DNA of 63,998 nt, filler included, from Candidatus Babelota bacterium (GTDB taxonomy: Bacteria > JAGOBX01): NCBI GenBank assembly GCA_017999075.1. It is 8 parts of 8 records of this genome, joined end to end, with 100 filler letters (N's around TTAATTAATTAA, not from the genome) between each part and the next. Parts side by side here need not be neighbours in the genome. Positions count along the whole stretch, not along the records: positions 61,128 to 63,998 come from JAGOBX010000536.1; 7 more parts are not named here. The stretch is one strand, 5' to 3'. Shown here in pieces: positions 63,303 to 63,998 of this stretch; the stretch's first letter is position 1, and every line of letters begins with the position of its first letter. The notes under the pieces were generated by a model, which was not told the origin of the DNA, ran no database searches, and saw nothing but the letters and a program-made list of their open reading frames with translations. Made by a program: the position numbers and the translations under genes.

Positions 63303-63331
63303 AGTTTACATTAAACATTCAGTAATGTCAA
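63303..63331 (-). promoter_or_regulatory. Putative sigma70 promoter of fliW-csrA-ygeY
   Basis: Minus strand TTGACA-17nt-TAAACT; a divergent TTGACA on the plus strand at 63349-63354. Confidence 0.55.
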
Positions 63332-63434
63332 TTATTTTTAAAAAAATCTTGACAAAATTGTACTAATATATGAAGATGTGACAGAATATTTATTTGGCAA
63401 CAATTTTATTTTTTTATCAAAAAAAGGAAAAAAT

Positions 63435-63998
63435 ATGAGTAACTGGTATGTTTATATTGATTCCGAAACTCAGGGACCTTTTCCTGAAGACAAAATCAAG
63501 AGTATGATTCAATCCGGAAAAATATCTGCCGACACAAATATTATGAAAGAAGGAACAAAAGAATGGATAGCCGCAGGTTCTTCTCCTGATTTCAAAGGGA
63601 AAACATCAAATCAGAAAAATCTAAGAAACGATATAATAGACGAAGAAGGACTTTGCCCCACATGCGGATATTTTACAGGTTCTTTACTGACATGTCCGCG
63701 CTGCGGTGCTCGTGTCAAAAATAAAATAGCTTTGGCTACTGTAAAAAAAATAGCTATCATAGGTTCTATTATAGGAGTTATATTTTTGTGGTATGCTGCG
63801 AGGATGAAACAACCGACTTTAATAAAAGCTGCAGAAGTCGATGAACAAATGAATGGAGCGTATGTTACAATTGTAGGAAAAGTTGTATCTTACAATGAAG
63901 ACGAAGGTAAAGACACTTTAAAAATGAAAGTTGATGATGGTTCAGGCCAGCCTATAGGAATAAATGCTTTTAAAAAATTGAAACAGATAAAACAGATT
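63435..63998 (+). CDS. GYF_2 (DUF4339) + zinc ribbon + TM + OB-fold protein, 3' partial (not in the ORF track)
   Basis: MSNWYVYIDSETQGPF...KEGTKEW; CPTC-x9-CPRC; TM IAIIGSIIGVIFLWYA; VTIVGKVV...KVDDGSG; AAGGA RBS. Confidence 0.8.
   Translation, partial: MSNWYVYIDSETQGPFPEDKIKSMIQSGKISADTNIMKEGTKEWIAAGSSPDFKGKTSNQKNLRNDIIDEEGLCPTCGYFTGSLLTCPRCGARVKNKIALATVKKIAIIGSIIGVIFLWYAARMKQPTLIKAAEVDEQMNGAYVTIVGKVVSYNEDEGKDTLKMKVDDGSGQPIGINAFKKLKQIKQI

Noticed and set aside
1-63998. CRISPR arrays, tRNA/rRNA, IS elements, stop-codon recoding or selenocysteine
   Set aside because: No spaced direct repeats, RNA-gene-like GC-rich segments or transposase motifs were seen. TGA, TAA and TAG all end genes at expected family lengths.

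Overview
This is a very AT-rich bacterial draft or MAG sequence. It is not one locus: eight contig pieces are joined by seven artificial 100-nt N/TTAATTAATTAA linkers, so gene neighbourhoods are valid only within a piece. (A, 1-15808) TPR protein, DUF202, GT4, type III glutamine synthetase, tig, lone trpB, ABC-2 permease, CheY-like regulator, lone rnfB and a thioester alpha-2-macroglobulin. (B) A helical hypothetical protein plus an FtsZ/tubulin GTPase domain fused to a glycogen-binding CBM48/AMPK-beta-like domain. (C) A 15.7-kb glycan-tailoring cluster: two radical SAM/SPASM proteins, DegT, a degenerate NDP-sugar dehydrogenase, AsnB, an acyl-AMP ligase-ACP-acyltransferase triple fusion, a WbuX-like amidotransferase, a PseG-formyltransferase fusion, WbqC, two methyltransferases, PIG-L and GNAT. 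(D) A large PLD(HKD)-FN3-repeat surface protein. (E) STAND ATPase-TPR. (F) A phosphorelay, SnoaL, a PorV-like barrel and a >3000-aa protein with a T9SS/FlgD-like C-terminal domain. (G) Coiled-coil protein, WlbA-like dehydrogenase, PAS fragment. (H) ygeY, csrA, fliW and a GYF_2-zinc ribbon-OB protein. No rRNA, tRNA, CRISPR array or mobile element was recognised. The best novelty candidates are the FtsZ-CBM fusion, the NRPS-like sugar-acylation fusion and its cluster, and T9SS-like, D-S/T-rich giant surface proteins in an apparently flagellated host. All family calls are by eye from motifs; no searches were run.
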